DNA of 64,000 nucleotides, from contig NC_086098.1 of the NCBI RefSeq assembly GCF_963921235.1, positions 5,394,001 through 5,458,000 on the forward strand. Direction: 5' to 3'. Origin of the DNA: Mobula hypostoma (taxonomy: Eukaryota). Positions 25,486-39,465 of the stretch are shown piece after piece. Within the stretch, counting starts at the first letter, position 1. The number at the start of each line of letters is the position of its first letter. A model generated the notes under the pieces. The model was not told the DNA's origin, ran no database searches, and saw nothing but the letters and a program-made list of their open reading frames with translations. The position numbers were made by a program, and so were the translations under genes.

Positions 25486-25930
25486 TATCCTAAGCCCGGT
25501 GGAACCGTTTCTACTGACGGGAGAAGGGGCAAAGGTGGCTTACTGGCGTTTTAAAGCCAGTCGCTTTGGGCAGATGGTGCTTGTCAGCCATGGTTCACAG
25601 CTCATCTAAGAGAAGGAAAACTGATTTTAACTCTCCTCTGCCTTGCGGCTATAACCAGTCATAGGGTTGGCTTCGGCAGTAAACCCAGGGGACAAATCTA
25701 GAGTGGAGACCCTAAGGCAGTCCTACATTGACTTCCCAGCTGACTGGCAACTCCAGTGATGCTGCTGGTGCCAAATTGCATCAGTCTCTGCTGTTCCTTT
25801 GGAGAGAGAGAGCTTGCCACGTGGACAACAGCTTGCTCTCCATATCGTACTGCCCAGGCTTGCGTGTTGATAACGTAGACAGCTAAGACACAACATCCGT
25901 GGTCAACCCTGACCGACGGAGGGCCTCCTG
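25478..25930 (+). mobile_element. Non-autonomous RTE-like element (partial)
   Basis: Homologous in reverse orientation to 30900-31490. Confidence 0.6.
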
Positions 25931-27940
25931 TCTTCAGAAGAGAGATGTAGCAGAGATTGATGGTGTATTTTGGCAGAAGTTTTAAGAGTGTGTGTGGGGG
26001 ATGGAGATAAAGATGTGCAACCACCCCTGCATTTTGAGCTGCAATCCCTTGACAAATAGTGCAGTATATTTTTGCGATTGATTCAAAAAGTACTCTTGCA
26101 CTCCATCGCCCTGTCCTATTTCTGAATAATGAACCCACCAGCCCTACAGAAATATAACATTATAGTGGCAGCTTGGCTCTGCTTTCTCACTGTATTATGT
26201 CAAGTTCCTTTTTAGTTATTTAGTTCCCTAAGGCTTCCTGTACACACTCTCACAACATGAAGTGTAAGATATCCTCTCCTTTAACAACCACAGTATCTGT
26301 TAGTTGGTCTGCCCGGTGCAGAGTGCAATATTGTTCCTGCACAAAATACACATTTGAGAGCGTCCCTTGAACACAATCTCTCTGTAATGGTGTCAGCAGT
26401 TCCAATGACATTATAAACTCTGGCTGACAGCAGAGTCTGCAAATGCTGCTCTGTTGCTCCCCACGCGTTTTCATGATAGCTTTAAATAACTTTCTATTGA
26501 TAAAACTAGCTTTTCTCACAAAGTCAATATGGAAGTTTGTGACAAGGTTTCTATATCTCAGGAAATACTTTGTATCATATGTTCAGACCTTAATACCAAG
26601 GCGTTTCAATGTTCGGAGTTAAATTCCATCACTGTTTGTAAGGAGTTTGCACCTTCTTGCATGTGTTTTCTCCGGGTGATCTGGTTTCCTCCCACAGTCC
26701 AAAGACATACTGGCTGGTAGGTTAATTGGTCATTTTGAATTGTCCTGTATTGGACTGGGCTTAAATAGATGGGTTGCTGGGTGGCACGGTTCGTTAGCCT
26801 GGAAGGGTCTGTTCCACCCTGGATCTCTAAATAAAATTAAATATAAATAAAATGAGACACGGGTAGAATGAGACAATTTGGCCCATCGAGTCTCCTCCAC
26901 CATTCCATCGTGGCTGATTAATTACCCCTCTCAGCCACAATTTCCTGCCTTCCGCTTATAACCTTTTTCACCCTCACTAGTCAAGAACCTATCAACCTCT
27001 GCCTAACTATACCCAATGATTTGACCTCCACAGCCATCTGTGGCAACAAATTCCACAGACTCACCATCTGCTGGCTGAAGATATTCTTCCTTGTTGCTGT
27101 TTTAAAGGATGTCCTTGTGCTCTGAGGCTGTGTCCGCTGGTCCTAGACACCCTCACTACAGGTTGAGGCAGCTGGCAGGTATGAAATTCTACGAAGCTGA
27201 ATTTTGAATGGTAAGTACAGGCAGTGCAGGTTAATGGTAATGGTGATAAATATTAATCGATTTTCGGTGCTAATATGGAACACTTTACAGTGCCAGTGAT
27301 TGGAAGTTTGGGGTTCAGTTCCATCTGCTATCTATAAGGAATTTGTACTTTCTCCCCATCTCCTTGTGAGTTTCCTTCCCTTGCTCTGGTTTCTGCTCAC
27401 GTTCCAAAACACAAATGGGTTAGTGTTACTCCCAACATCTTTTACGACTTCAACATAACATCCCATTTCCTGCACTCAGTACTTTGAGTTATGCAAAGGC
27501 TTTCTTTATGACTCTATGTACCTGTGATGCCACTTTGAAGGAATTATGGATCTGTGCTTCCAGATCCCTCTGTTTTACCACATTCCTCAGTGCCCGTGTA
27601 AGACCTACAAAGGTGGAATGTGAATTGGCTGCCTAGTTCCTCTGGCCCATTCAATCTTTTTGAAGAGAATTGCAAACTAACTCTGTGTCCTGTGATCAAA
27701 CATCATCACATGAGGAAGAGTAAAATTAGAACAAAAAATGTCTATTTCACTGAAAAGCGATTTGTTATGCTTCAACGAATCTGTCCAACATAAGAATCGC
27801 TATTTTACAAATGAGGATAATTAGGTACATTGTATATTACTTCCAGCTGAAAACACTAATGCTGACTCACAACTAAGTGGTTGACTTGGTAGACCTGCTT
27901 CTACTCAAGAGATTAATGACATTGAAAGCTTCAGCTATTA

Positions 27941-28508
27941 CAGTCAGTAGCCATTTTATTCGTAAAACTTGTTCACCAGCTCATTAATGCAAATATTTAA
28001 TCAACCAATTACAAGTCAGCAACTCAGTGCATAAAAGCATGCAGAAATGGTCAAGAGGTTCAGCTATTGTTCAGAGCAAACATCAGAATGAGGAAGAAAT
28101 TTGATCTTAATTGACTGACTGTGGAATGATTGTTGGTGTCAGATGGGGTGGTTTGAGTATCTCAGAAACTACTGATCTCCTGGGATTTTCACATACAACT
28201 GTCTCTCGATTTATAGAGGATGATGAGAAAAACAAAGAACATCCAGTGAGTGGCAGTTTTGTGGGCAAAAAATGCCTTGTTAATAAGTGAGGTTTGAGGA
28301 GAATGGTCAGACTGGTTCAAGCTGACAGGAAAGCGACAGTAACTCAAGTAACGATGGGTTACAACAGTGGTGTGCAGAAGAGCATCTTTGAACCTATAAC
28401 AAGTCAGACTTTGAAATAGATGGGCTACAGCAGCAAAAGACTATGAACATACACTCACTGGCCACTTTATTAGCTACAGGAGGTACCTAATAAAGTTGTC
28501 ACTGAGTG
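27941..28508 (+). mobile_element. Tc1 transposon internal-deletion derivative
   Basis: TA flanks; TIR CA(G/C)TCAGT(A/G)GCCA(T/C)TTTATT; decayed transposase N-terminus GMIVGVRWGGLSISETTDLLGFSHTTVSR...RRMVRLVQADRKATVTQ...MGYSSKR. Confidence 0.88.
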
Positions 28509-28809
28509 TACGTTTTTAACTATAATGTACAAGCAATGGTTTTGTCCTTTGCTTACATCTGTTTTAGTATGGACTCATTAAATGATAGGTGCCATTCGCA
28601 GAAAGTGACCACTTGTGTCATCGTGATTATGGAGACTCTTTAATAGACCTATCCAATTAGTTTCTTTCACCTACACTTTTAATTCACTAGTTTTGTTTTG
28701 AGTCTTAGTTCCAAATCTGTTCTCATCAATTGTTAAGCTGCTGGAGTGGAAATGCTTGGAGTTGTTTAATATTCCTGAGTGATGCTGTCTGGACCTGAAC
28801 ATAGGTCAG

Positions 28810-29535
28810 AGCCTAAATGAAGGGATATTCTGACCAGCATCATCACAGAAATAGAGGCCTTCTTTACATTGGTGAGACCCAATGTAGATGTGGGGACCAC
28901 TTTGTCGAGTACCTTTGCTCCAACCACTAAAAGCAGGATTTCCTGGTGGTCAACCATTTTAATTGTATTCTCATTCCAACGTGTCAGTCCATGGCCTCCT
29001 CTACTGCCATGATGAGACCACTCTCAGGTTGAAGGAGTAGCATCTCACATTCGGTCTGGGTAACCTCTAACCTGGTGGCATGAGTATCAATTTCTCTAAC
29101 CTGGTAATTTCTCCCCCTCCCCCTCACCTATTCTTTCATCCCACACTATGGCTCCCTCTCATCTTTCCTCTTTTCCTCACCTGCCTATCACCTCCCCCAG
29201 TGCCTCTCCCCCTTCATTTTCTTCCTCCTCTTCTCTCCTATCAGAATCCTTTTTCTTCAGCCCATTACTTTTTCAACCTATCACCTCCCTGCTTTTTACT
29301 TCTTCCCTAACCCCTTGGCATCACCTATCACCTTCCAGCTATCCTCCTTTCCCTCTCTCCACCTTCTTATTCTGGCTTCTTCTCCCTTCCTTTCCAGTTC
29401 CTGAAGAAGGATCTCAGCCCAAGATGTCGACAATTTATTCATTTCCATAGGTGTTGCCTGACCTGATGAGTTTCTCCAGCATTTTGTGTGTGTAGCTCTG
29501 GTTTTCCATAATCTGCAGAATCTCTTGTTTTTACA
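28810..29535 (+). mobile_element. Decayed PLE 3' end
   Basis: YIGET frame, AGCAGGATTTCCTGGTGG..., pseudo-LTR and a degenerate hammerhead at ~29396-29432. Confidence 0.8.
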
Positions 29536-29828
29536 GAAATACCTTGGCAAATAAGACACTGTCAGCTACTGCTTGCTCTTGTATATTGCCATGGGTTTCT
29601 TGGACATTTTCCTTGGTTTCTTTTGAATGCTCTGCACTTATTTCAAATGTGTCATCTTTGCATTATAAAGTTGGCTCAGTTTACATAAATTTGAAGCTAG
29701 AGCTCATCGATGAAGGTCTCCATAGTTGGAAATACCTGCAGATTGGCTTTCATTCACATACTTAACCTGAATTGAAGCTTGGTGACCAACGACACACCCT
29801 ACAAAGATTGTGACAGATTATGGTCCTG

Positions 29829-30882
29829 CAATAGACAATAGACAATAGGTGCAGGAGTAGGCCATTCAGCCCTTTGAGCCAGCACCACCATTCACTGTGA
29901 TCACAGCTGATCATCCACAATCAGTACCCTTTTCCTGCCTTCTCCTCGTATCCCTTCACTCCGCTACCTTTAAGAGCTCTATCTAACTCTTTTTTGAAAG
30001 AATCCAGAGAATTGGCCTCCACTGCCTTCTGAGGCAGAGCATTCCACAGAACCACAACCCTCTGTGTGAAAAAGTTTCTCCTCAACTCCGTTCTAAATTG
30101 TCTACCTCTTATTCTTAAACTGTGGCCTCTGGTTCTGGACTCCCCCAACATCGGGAACATGTTTCCTGCCTCTAGCGTGTCCAATCCCTTAATAATCTTA
30201 TATGTTTCAATCAGATCCCCTCTCATCCTTCTAAATTCCAGTGTATACAACCCCAGTCACTCAAATCTTTCAAAATATGACAGTCCCACCATCCCGGGAA
30301 TTAACTTCGTGAACCTACGATGCACTCCTTCAATAGCTAGAATGTCCTTCCTCAAATTTGGAGACCAAAACTGTACACAATGTTCCAGGTGTGGTCTCAC
30401 CAGGGCACTGTACAACTGCAGAAGGACCTCTTTGCTCCTATACTCAATTCCCCTTGTTATGAAGGCCAGCATGCCATTAGCTTTCTTCACTGCCTGCTAT
30501 ACCTGCTTGCTTACTTTCAGTGACTGATGAACAAGGGCACCCAGATCTCGTTGTACTTCCCCTTTTCCTAACTTGACACCATTCAGATAGTAATCTGCCT
30601 TCCTGTTCTTGCCACCAAAGTGGATAACCTCACATTTATCCACATTAAACTGCATCCACCCACTCACCCAACCTGTCCAAGTCATCCTGCATTCTCATAA
30701 CATCCTCCTCACATTTCACACAGCCACCCAGCTTTGTGTCATCTGCAAATTTGCTAATGTAACTTTTAATCCTTTCATCTAAATCATTAATGTATATTGT
30801 AAATAGCTGCGGTCCCAGCACCGAGCCTTGCGGTACCCCACTAGTCACTGCCTGCCATTCTGAAAAGGACCCATTAATCCCT
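29829..30882 (-). mobile_element. CR1 ORF2 RT C-terminal part with (ATTGTCT)n tail
   Basis: SGVPQGSVLGP, KFADDTKLG, WMQFNVDKCEV, RPHLEHCVQFWSP; split by frameshifts. Confidence 0.95.
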
Positions 30883-30899
30883 GCTGTTTGTTGGTACTG

Positions 30900-31490
30900 T
30901 GAAGCCTTTCGTCGGTTCAGTTGACCCTGGATGCAGTGCCCGAAGTGTCTGCATGATACACAGGCCAGGGCAGTACGATCTGGAGAGCGAGCTGTTGCCC
31001 CTGCAGCAGGCTCTCCCTCTCCATGCAGCTGATGAACCCAAAGGAACGGCAGAGACCCATACAGTTTGGCACCAGCTGTATTGCAGGAGTTGCCAGTCAG
31101 CATTGAATGCAATGTACGACTGTCTTAGGGACTCCAGCTCCAGATTTTTACCTCGGGGTTTACTCCCGAAGCCTGCCCCATGAGTGGGTAGAACTGCAAG
31201 GCAGTGGAGGCTTGAGATCAGAGTTTACCCTCTCCTAGGTGAGCTGCTAACCGCAGCTCATGAGGCCTGTCTGCCCGAAGTGACTGGTTTTAAGGCGCCA
31301 GTAACCCACCTTTGCCCCTTCTCCTGTCAGTAGAAATGGTCCCATCGGGTTTCATGGCTAAGCCACACGTGAGGACCAGAAGCTGGACTTGGTTGTCAGA
31401 GGCTATTTGAGATGCATAACTTTGGGAGCATTTAATAGGTAGTGGGAGCTTGTCCCCATTACCACCCCAGCTATAACAAACTTAAGGATC
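30900..31490 (-). mobile_element. Non-autonomous RTE-like element
   Basis: Shares its 3' segment (GTTGCCC.TGC.GCA.G..TC.CCCTCTCCA; CAG.TTGGCACCAG) with the tRNA-SINE at 33728-34037. Confidence 0.6.
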
Positions 31491-33727
31491 CCTCCAATAC
31501 TACATTTAAAGGAATTTCCCAGGTACTGAGTTAGTATTTAGAAAGGAAAGGAACACTGAACTATGCTATTGATGGTACCAAGCCCAGCTGCAAAGGGTAA
31601 GGGTTGGGCACAGGGCTAGCAACCTCATCTCATAAAAACCCAGAGCTACAGTGACACCAAGAGAAGCTCCAAAGATTTCATCCTTGGGAGAAGAAGGATC
31701 TTCGAAGATGGTTACACCAGGGAACAACTTAAAAGACTGGCCCGGGACAGAGGACTCCCTGGCAAGCTGCGGTCAGAAGCCTTCGCCCAGTAGGGGTGAT
31801 GGGATTACAAAGAAGCAGAAAAGAATATTTAATAAAATTATTATTTTTATCTTTTGCTCATTTTGAAAAGAAAAGCCATTCTGAATTATTATGGAGCTTC
31901 AGAAGATACTACAGCTGGGCTGGGCTGAGGTTGCCGCATGGTTCCCCAGGGCCAGCCTGTCTCTGAAATGAAGAAATTTATTCTGATAAATGACAGTTAC
32001 TTAGCTGGCAAAGGCCCTGCATTTCCTGAGCAGTAACTCAAGACCAGTACAGTCATAACTCGGACCCCTTTTCCAAGTGCATATTGCCTAGAGCTGTCAA
32101 AAAAAACAAATCAGAAAACTGTGAACCTAGCATCAGCCAGAATTTCTATGAGGAAAAATGAAAGGCAATCTCATGTGAAAATTGATCTCAATTTACCTGT
32201 AGTACACAGCTGGCATTTTGATTGTTTGTGCTTTGCAGCCTGTGGTGCTATCTTCTGGGCTGCACCGCATTGAACCCTTTTCATTTTCCTTAGTGAAGAT
32301 CCATTGGCCTTCCCTGATTTATTATCTTGGCTTTCAGACCCAGTACTGATGTCACTTCACCGTTTGGTCCAGGATCTTTGTCTTCATTTGTTGTCATTGA
32401 ATGCTGAGATACTGCAGTCAGCGGAGGACGATTGGAGTGTGGAGATGTCGGAGGAGGTTATTCTAAATTAATATTTAAGTGATTGTTTTTATTTTATTTA
32501 TTATTTGGATGTAGATGGTAGAACTGGCACTTCTGACCCTTCAAGCTGCAGTACCCAGCAACCCACCTATTTAATTCTAACCTAATCACAGGAGAATTTA
32601 CAATGACCAGTTAACCTACTAACCAGTATGTCTTTGAATTGTGGGCGGAAACCAGAACACCCAGAGGAAACACACAGAGTCACGGCGAGAACGTACAAAC
32701 ATGTCAGACGGCACCAGAATTGAACTCTGAACTCTGACACCCCGAACTATAATAGAATTTCGCTAGTTGCTAGACCCCCATTTTTTATATTTTATATATT
32801 TAATATTTTATGCCCGTTTTATAGTCACAGTGAATAAAAACCATTTGCCGTTGATTTCTTTTTGTGTTGGTTGTATTTGTCAGGACGTGGTTACACTATT
32901 CCTTTAGGTTTGCATATAGAATGTTGTCTGTGAAGCATCAAAGAAATTATTAATAACCTGGGAGATGAAGACTGCAGCAACAGGAGTGACCCTATTACTT
33001 ACTGATGGCTATGTGTGACAGGCGATGAGCTCCAAAGGGCTATCTGGAAAGCCTTGTCTTCTATTTCTTTGCAGTATTATCATGATTACATTAACAATCG
33101 ATTTCTACTTTTGCCCCAAAAAAGAGTCTTAATCAGATCAGGTGACAGAACTTTTCAATACAACTTTTCGAATGCCGATGTATCTCTTTCTTGCATTTAA
33201 GATGAGCCTTATTTGTCGCAAGTATATTGAAACATATAGTTAAATACATCATTTGTGTGACGTCAAATCAATGACGATTCTGCTACGCACCTTGCAAATG
33301 TCCCCACACTTCTGGCAGCAGAATAGCATGCCCACAATCAAGGTTCAAATTTACTTTGACATCTTGAACTTTGGACTACTTATTAATCCTCACCTGTGCA
33401 TCTTTGGACTATGAGAGGAAACTAGATCACCCAGCGGAATCCCAGATGATCATGACAACTCCTTACTGACAGCGCTGGGAATTGAACCCCAGTCTTTCAG
33501 CTGGCATTGTGAAGCGTTGTGCTAACCTCCACACTGTCCTTCCTTAAACAACTCATGTCTTTCCATTCAAACAAAACCAATAGACAATATTTCCAAATAG
33601 CACCGTCATCTGCAGATCAAAAGACGATCTGTGAGAATCAGAATCAGGTTTATTATCACTGACATACACTATGTGAAATTTGTTCTTTCATGCAGCAGTT
33701 CAGTGTAATACATAAAAAGTTACAATA

Positions 33728-34037
33728 GTATAGGCATCCGTTAGTCTCGTGAGACCATGGATTTGCACCTTGGAAGGTTTCCAGGGCTCAGGCCTGCACA
33801 ACGTTGTATGGAAGACCAGCAGTTGCCCATGCTGCAAGTCTCCCCTCTCCACGACACCAATGTTGTCCAAGGGAAGGGCATTAGGACCCATACAGCTTGG
33901 CACCAGTGTCGTCACAGAGCAATGTGTGATTAAGTGCCTTGCTCAAGGATACAACACGCTGCCTCAGCTGAGGCTCAAACTAGTGACCTTCAGATCACTA
34001 GACCGATGCCTTAACCACTTGGCCACGCGCCAACACA
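33728..34037 (-). mobile_element. tRNA-derived SINE with RTE-like tail
   Basis: Reverse copy of 60078-60390; TSD AAAAAGTTAC(A/T)ATA at 33714-33727 and 34038-34051. Confidence 0.88.
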
Positions 34038-34497
34038 AAAAAGTTACTATACGTTACAATAAAGAATAAATAAGTAAATAGTGGAAAAGAGGAATAGTGA
34101 GGTGGTGTTCATGGGTTCATAAACCATTCAGAAATCTGATTGCAGAGGGGAAGAAGCTGTTCCTGAATCATTGAGTCTGTGCCTTCTGGCTCTTCTGATG
34201 GTAATAATGACAAGAGGGCATGTCCTAGATGGTGAGAGTCCTTAATGACAATAGATGCTGTGTCGCCTAGTGAAACCTTCACAAATGTTTTGTAAGGTAC
34301 TTTGTGCTCATTCCAAAATCGGAAAAAGTTGCAGAAAGCTGTAAGCTCAGCCAGCTCCATCATGGACACTAGCCTTCCCAGCATCGAGGACAATTTCAAA
34401 AGAAAATGCCTCAAAAAGCCGGCATTCATCATTAAGGATATGCCCTCTTCTCATTGCTACCATCAAGGAGGAGGTACAAGATCCCAAAGACATACAT

Positions 34498-36882
34498 TCA
34501 GCACAGTACAGGCCCTTTGGCCCACATTGTTGTGCCGACCCTCAAACCCTGCCTCCCATATAACCCCCCACCTTAAATTCCTCCATATACCTGTCCAGTA
34601 GTCTCTTAAACTTCACTAGTGTGTCTGCCTCCACCACTGACTCAGGCAGTGCATTCCACGCACCAACCACTCTCTGAGTAAAAAACCTTCCTCTAATATA
34701 CCCCTTGATCTTCCCACCCCTTACCTTAAAGCCATGTCCCCTTGTATTGAGCAGTGGTGCCCTGGGGAAGAGACGCTGGCTATCCACTCTATCTATTCCT
34801 CTTAATATCTTGTATACCTCTATCATGTCTCCTCTAATCCTCCTTCTCTCTAAAGAGTAAAACCCTAGCTCCCTTAATCTCTGATCATAATGCATACTCT
34901 CTAAACCAGGTTGCATCCTGGTAAACCTCCTCTGTACCCTTTCCAATGCTTCCACATCCTTCCTATAGTGAGGCGACCAGAACTGGACACAGTACTCCAA
35001 GTGTGGCCTAACCAGAGTTTTATAGAGCTGCATCATTACCTCGTGACTCTTAAACACTATCCCTCGACTTATGAAAGCTATCACCCCATAAGCTTTCTTA
35101 ACTACCCTATCCACCTGTGAGGCAACTTTCAGGGATCTGTGGACATGTACCCCCAGATCATTCTGCTCCTCCACACTACCAAGTATCCTGCCATTTACTT
35201 TATACTCTGCCTTGGAGTTTGTCCTTCCAAAGTGTACCACCTCACACTTCTCCGGGTTGAACTCCATCTGCCACTTCTCAGCCCACTTCTGCAACCTATC
35301 AATGTCTCTCTGCAATCTTTGACAATCCTCTACACTGTCTACAACACCACCAACCTTTGTGTCATCTGTAAACTTGCCAACTCACCCTTCTACCCCAACA
35401 TCCAGGTCGTTAATAAAAATCACGAAAAGTAGAGGTCCCAGAACCGATCCTTGGGGACACCACTAGTCACAATCCTCCAATCTGAATGTACTCCCTCCAC
35501 CACCACCCTCTGCATTCTGCAGGCAAGCCAATTCTGAATCCACCCGGCCAAACTTCCCTGGATCCCATGCCTTCTGACTTTCTGAATAAGCCTACTGTGT
35601 GTAACCTTGTCAAATGCCTTACTGAAATCCATATAGATCACATCCACTGCACTACCCTCATCTATATGCCTGGTCACCTCCTCAAAGAACTCTATCAGGC
35701 TTGTTAGACACGATCTGCCCTTCACAAAGCCATGCTGACTGTCCCTGATCAGACCATGATTCTCTAAATGCCCACAGATCTATCTCTAAGAATCTTTTCC
35801 AACAGCTTTCCCACCACAGACATAAGGCTCACTGGTCTATAATTACCTGGACTATCCCTACTATCTTTTTTGAACAAAGGGACAATATTCGCCTCCCTCC
35901 AATCCTCTGGGACCATTCCCGTAGACAATGAGGACATAAAGATTCTAGCCAGAGTCTCAGCAATCTCTTCCCTCGCCTCATGAAGCAGCCTGGGGAATAT
36001 TCCATCAGGCCCCGGGGACTTACCCATCCTAATGTATCTTAATAACTCCAACACCTCCTCTGCCTTAATATCAACATGCTCCAGAACATCAACCTCACTC
36101 ATATTGTCCTCACCGTCATCAAGTTCCCTCTCATTGGTGAATACCGAAGAGAAGTATTCATTGAGGACCTCGCTCACTTCCGCAGCCTCCAGGCACATCT
36201 TCCCAACTTTATCTCTAATCGGTCCTACCTTCACTCCTGTCATCCTTTTGTTCTTCACATAATTAAAGAATGCCTTGGGGTTTTTCTTTACCCTACTCAC
36301 CAAGGCCTTCTCATGCCCCCTTCTTGCTCTTCTCAGCCCCTTCTTAAGCTCCTTTCTTGCTACCCTATATTCCTCAATAGACCCATCTGATCCTTGCTTC
36401 CTAAACCTCATGTATGCTGCCTTCTTCCACCTGACTAGATTTTCCACCTCACTTGTTACCCATGGTTCCTTCACCCTACTGTTCTTTATCTTCCTCACCG
36501 GGACAAATTTATCCCTAACATCCTGCAAGGGATCTCTAAACATCGACCACAGGTCCATTGTACATTTCCCTGCAAAAACATCATCTCAATTCACACCCGC
36601 CAGTTCTAGCCTTATAGCCTCATAATTTGCCTTCCCCAATTAAAAATGTTCCTGTCCTCTCTAATTCTATCCTTTTCCATTATAATGCTGAAGGCCAGGG
36701 AGTGGTGGTCACTGTCCCCCAGATGCTCACCCACTGAGAGATCTGTGACCTGACCCGGTTCATTACCTAATACTAGATCTAGGATGGCATTCTCCCTGGT
36801 CGGCCTGTCCACATACTGTGATAGGAATCCATCCTGGACACACTTAACAAACTCTGCCCCATCTAAACCCTAGGACTAATAA
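34498..36882 (-). mobile_element. Longest CR1 copy: 5'-truncated ORF2 pseudogene (EN end, RT, C-terminus)
   Basis: Four collinear ORF pieces (36612-36812, 35764-36558, 35420-35725, 34542-35315) with ILDLV, GDSDH, KSPGPDG, GNYRPVSL, DFSKAFD, WQMEFNPEKC; separated by frameshifts. Confidence 0.96.
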
Positions 36883-38480
36883 GCCCTGAGATTCTTTCTC
36901 TGCGGGCATACTTAGCAAATCTATAGAATAATAAATGTAAACTGTAAACATCAGCAATCATTAACTGTAAACAAACTGTGCAAATGCAGATATAAATAAA
37001 TTGTCATAAATAATGGGCATGAACTGACAATATAACAGAGTCCATAAAAGGGCCTATAAATGAGTGTAGCTATCCCCCTTTGTTCAGGAGCCTGATGGTT
37101 GAGGGGTAGTAACTGTTCCTGAACCTGGAGGTGCGAGTCCTGAGTCACCTGTATCTTCACTCTGGTGGCAGCAGCCTGGGTGGTGAGGATCTTTGATGAT
37201 GGATGTCGCTTTTCTACAGCAATATTTCATGTAGATGGTTGCAAGGGGTTTTACTGGTGATGTACAGGAATGAATTCAATCCCTTTTGTAGGATTTTCCA
37301 CTCAAAGGCATTGGTGTTCCCATACCAGGCCATGATGCAGCCAGTCAGCACACTTTCTACCACACATTTATGGAAGTTTGACAAGGTTTTCGATAACATG
37401 CCGAACCTCTGCAGATTCCTGAGGAAGTAGAGGTATTGTTATGCTTTCTTTGAAACAATATTTATATGATGGGTCCAGGACAGGTCCTCTGAGATAGTGA
37501 CAGCCAGGAAACTAAAGTTACTGACCCTCTCCACCTCTGATCCTCCAATGATTACTGGCTCATGGACCTCTGGTTTCCCTCTCCTGAAGTCTACAATCAG
37601 TTCCTTGGTCTTATTGACATTGAGTGAGAAGCTGTTGTTATTGCACCACTCAGCCAAGTTTTCAATCTCCATCCTGTATGCTGATTCATGATCCCCTTTG
37701 ATACAGCCCCAACAGTGGTGTCATCAGCAAACTTGTATACGGTGTTGGAGCTGTACTTAGCCGCACAGACATAGGTGTAGAGTGAGTAGAGCAGGGGGCT
37801 AAGCACACATCCCTGCGGTGCTCCTGTGCTGATGGAGGTTGTGGAGGAAATGTTTTTCCCAATCCAAACAGACTGGGGTGCACAAGTGAGAAAATCCGGG
37901 ATCCAAATGTACAAGGGGGTGTCCAGACCCAGATTTTGGAATTTGCTGATAAGCCTTGAGGGGATGATGGTGTTAAATGCCGGGTTGTAATGAATAAAGA
38001 GCATCCTGATGTATGCATCTTTGCTGTCCAGATGTTCCATGACTGTACGAGGAGCTAACAAGATAGCACCTGTTGCTTTGGTAGGTGAATTGGAGCAGAT
38101 CCAAGTCACCATTCAGACAGTAGCTGGAACGGCAGTCTCTTAAACTATTTCATTACTGTTAATATAAGTGCCACTGGGTGATAGCCATCTAGACAGGTTA
38201 CCACACTCTTCTTGGGCACCGATACCATTGAAGCCTGCTTGAAGCAGGTGGCTACCACACGCTGCCAGAGCGAGAGATTGAAGATATCCATGAATACACC
38301 AGAGTGTTGGCCAGCACAGGTCTTCAGTACTTGGCCAGATGCTCCATCTGGACTGGATTGTTTCCTTGGATTCACTCTAACGAAGGCACCCTGCACATCA
38401 CCTTCAGATACTGAGACCAAAGGATCATTGGAAGACATGAGGGTGCATGATGGTTCCTCCCAGTTCTGGTCGTCAAAGTG
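36883..38480 (-). mobile_element. Rex1/Babar LINE RT region and 3' UTR (decayed)
   Basis: VNPRKQSSPDG, STGAPQGCVLSPLLYSLYT, KFADDTTV, LNVNKTKELIVDFRR. Confidence 0.92.
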
Positions 38481-39255
38481 AGTATAGAAGGAGCTACGGG
38501 GACAGCTTCTTCCCTCGCCATCAGATTCCTGAATGGACAATAAACCCATGAACACTACTTCACTACTTCCTTTGCTCTCTTTCTGCACTACTTAATTCAT
38601 TTAATCTTTACATATATTTCTTGTTGTAATTCAAAGTTTTTTATTATAATGCATTGCAAAGTACTGCTGCCACAAAACTCAAATTTCACAACATATGCCA
38701 GTGATAATAAGACGAACAAAAATAATTTTTACCTTCTTCAGTCCTCCCTGAATTTACACGTATATGGTGGTAAAACTGGGATCTGCGAAAGACTTGCAGG
38801 AACTGTCATATTGAGAAGTTTGTTGCTGGAGAAGATAGCTTGCATTGTGGAACCTGTTGACATGTTTAGGTTTCTGACTAGGACCTAAAATAATTTCTCA
38901 CTATATTCGAGATTTGGCAAGAAAATCGTTCATATATCATGAGCTAAAAGAACATAATGGTCAATTCCACCAAGGTGTCGAGGAATTGGGTGCTATGAGG
39001 TTAGTGTAACACCTTACAGGGCTAGCGATTAGCATTCAATTCCCGTAATTGTCTGTAAGGAGTTTATACGTTCTCCCTGTGACCACATGGTACTTTGGCT
39101 TCCTCGCACAGTCCAAAGACGTACGGGTTAGTAGGTGAGTAGGTTGCGGTTATGGTATGTTGTCCCTTGAAGTATGGCGACACTTGCGGGCTTCCCTCGG
39201 GACAGCCTCAGACTGCGCTGGCCTTTGACGCAAAGGATGCATTTCACTGCATCAA

Positions 39256-39465
39256 GTCAGAAGTTTGCAGACGCTGGAAATCCAACGCAACACATGCAAG
39301 ATGCTGGAGGAACTCAGCAGGTCAGGCAGCATCTATGGAGAAGAATAAATAGTCGGCGCTTTAGGCTGTGACCCTTCCTCAGGTCTCGGCCCGAAATGTC
39401 GACGGTTTATTCATGTCCATAGGTGGCTGCCTGAACTGCTGAGCTCCTCCTGCATTTTGTGTGTT
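39256..39465. mobile_element. PLE-terminus fold-back mini-element
   Basis: Left arm GATGCTGGAGGAACTCAGCAGGTCAGGCAGC and right arm GCTGCCTGAACTGCTGAGCTCCTCC; the arms fuse inside the hammerhead (GACCCTTCCTCAGG|TCTCGGCCCGAAATGTCGAC). Confidence 0.8.

Noticed and set aside
27160..27220. Exon ending GAATG|GTAAGT
   Set aside because: The acceptor would come from a CR1 fragment; short, with no recognisable peptide.
31330..31440. HDV-like ribozyme in the RTE-like element (minus-strand CTCACGT loop-like word)
   Set aside because: I could not build the P1/P1.1/P2 nested pseudoknot by eye; it needs a consensus and an RNArobo search.
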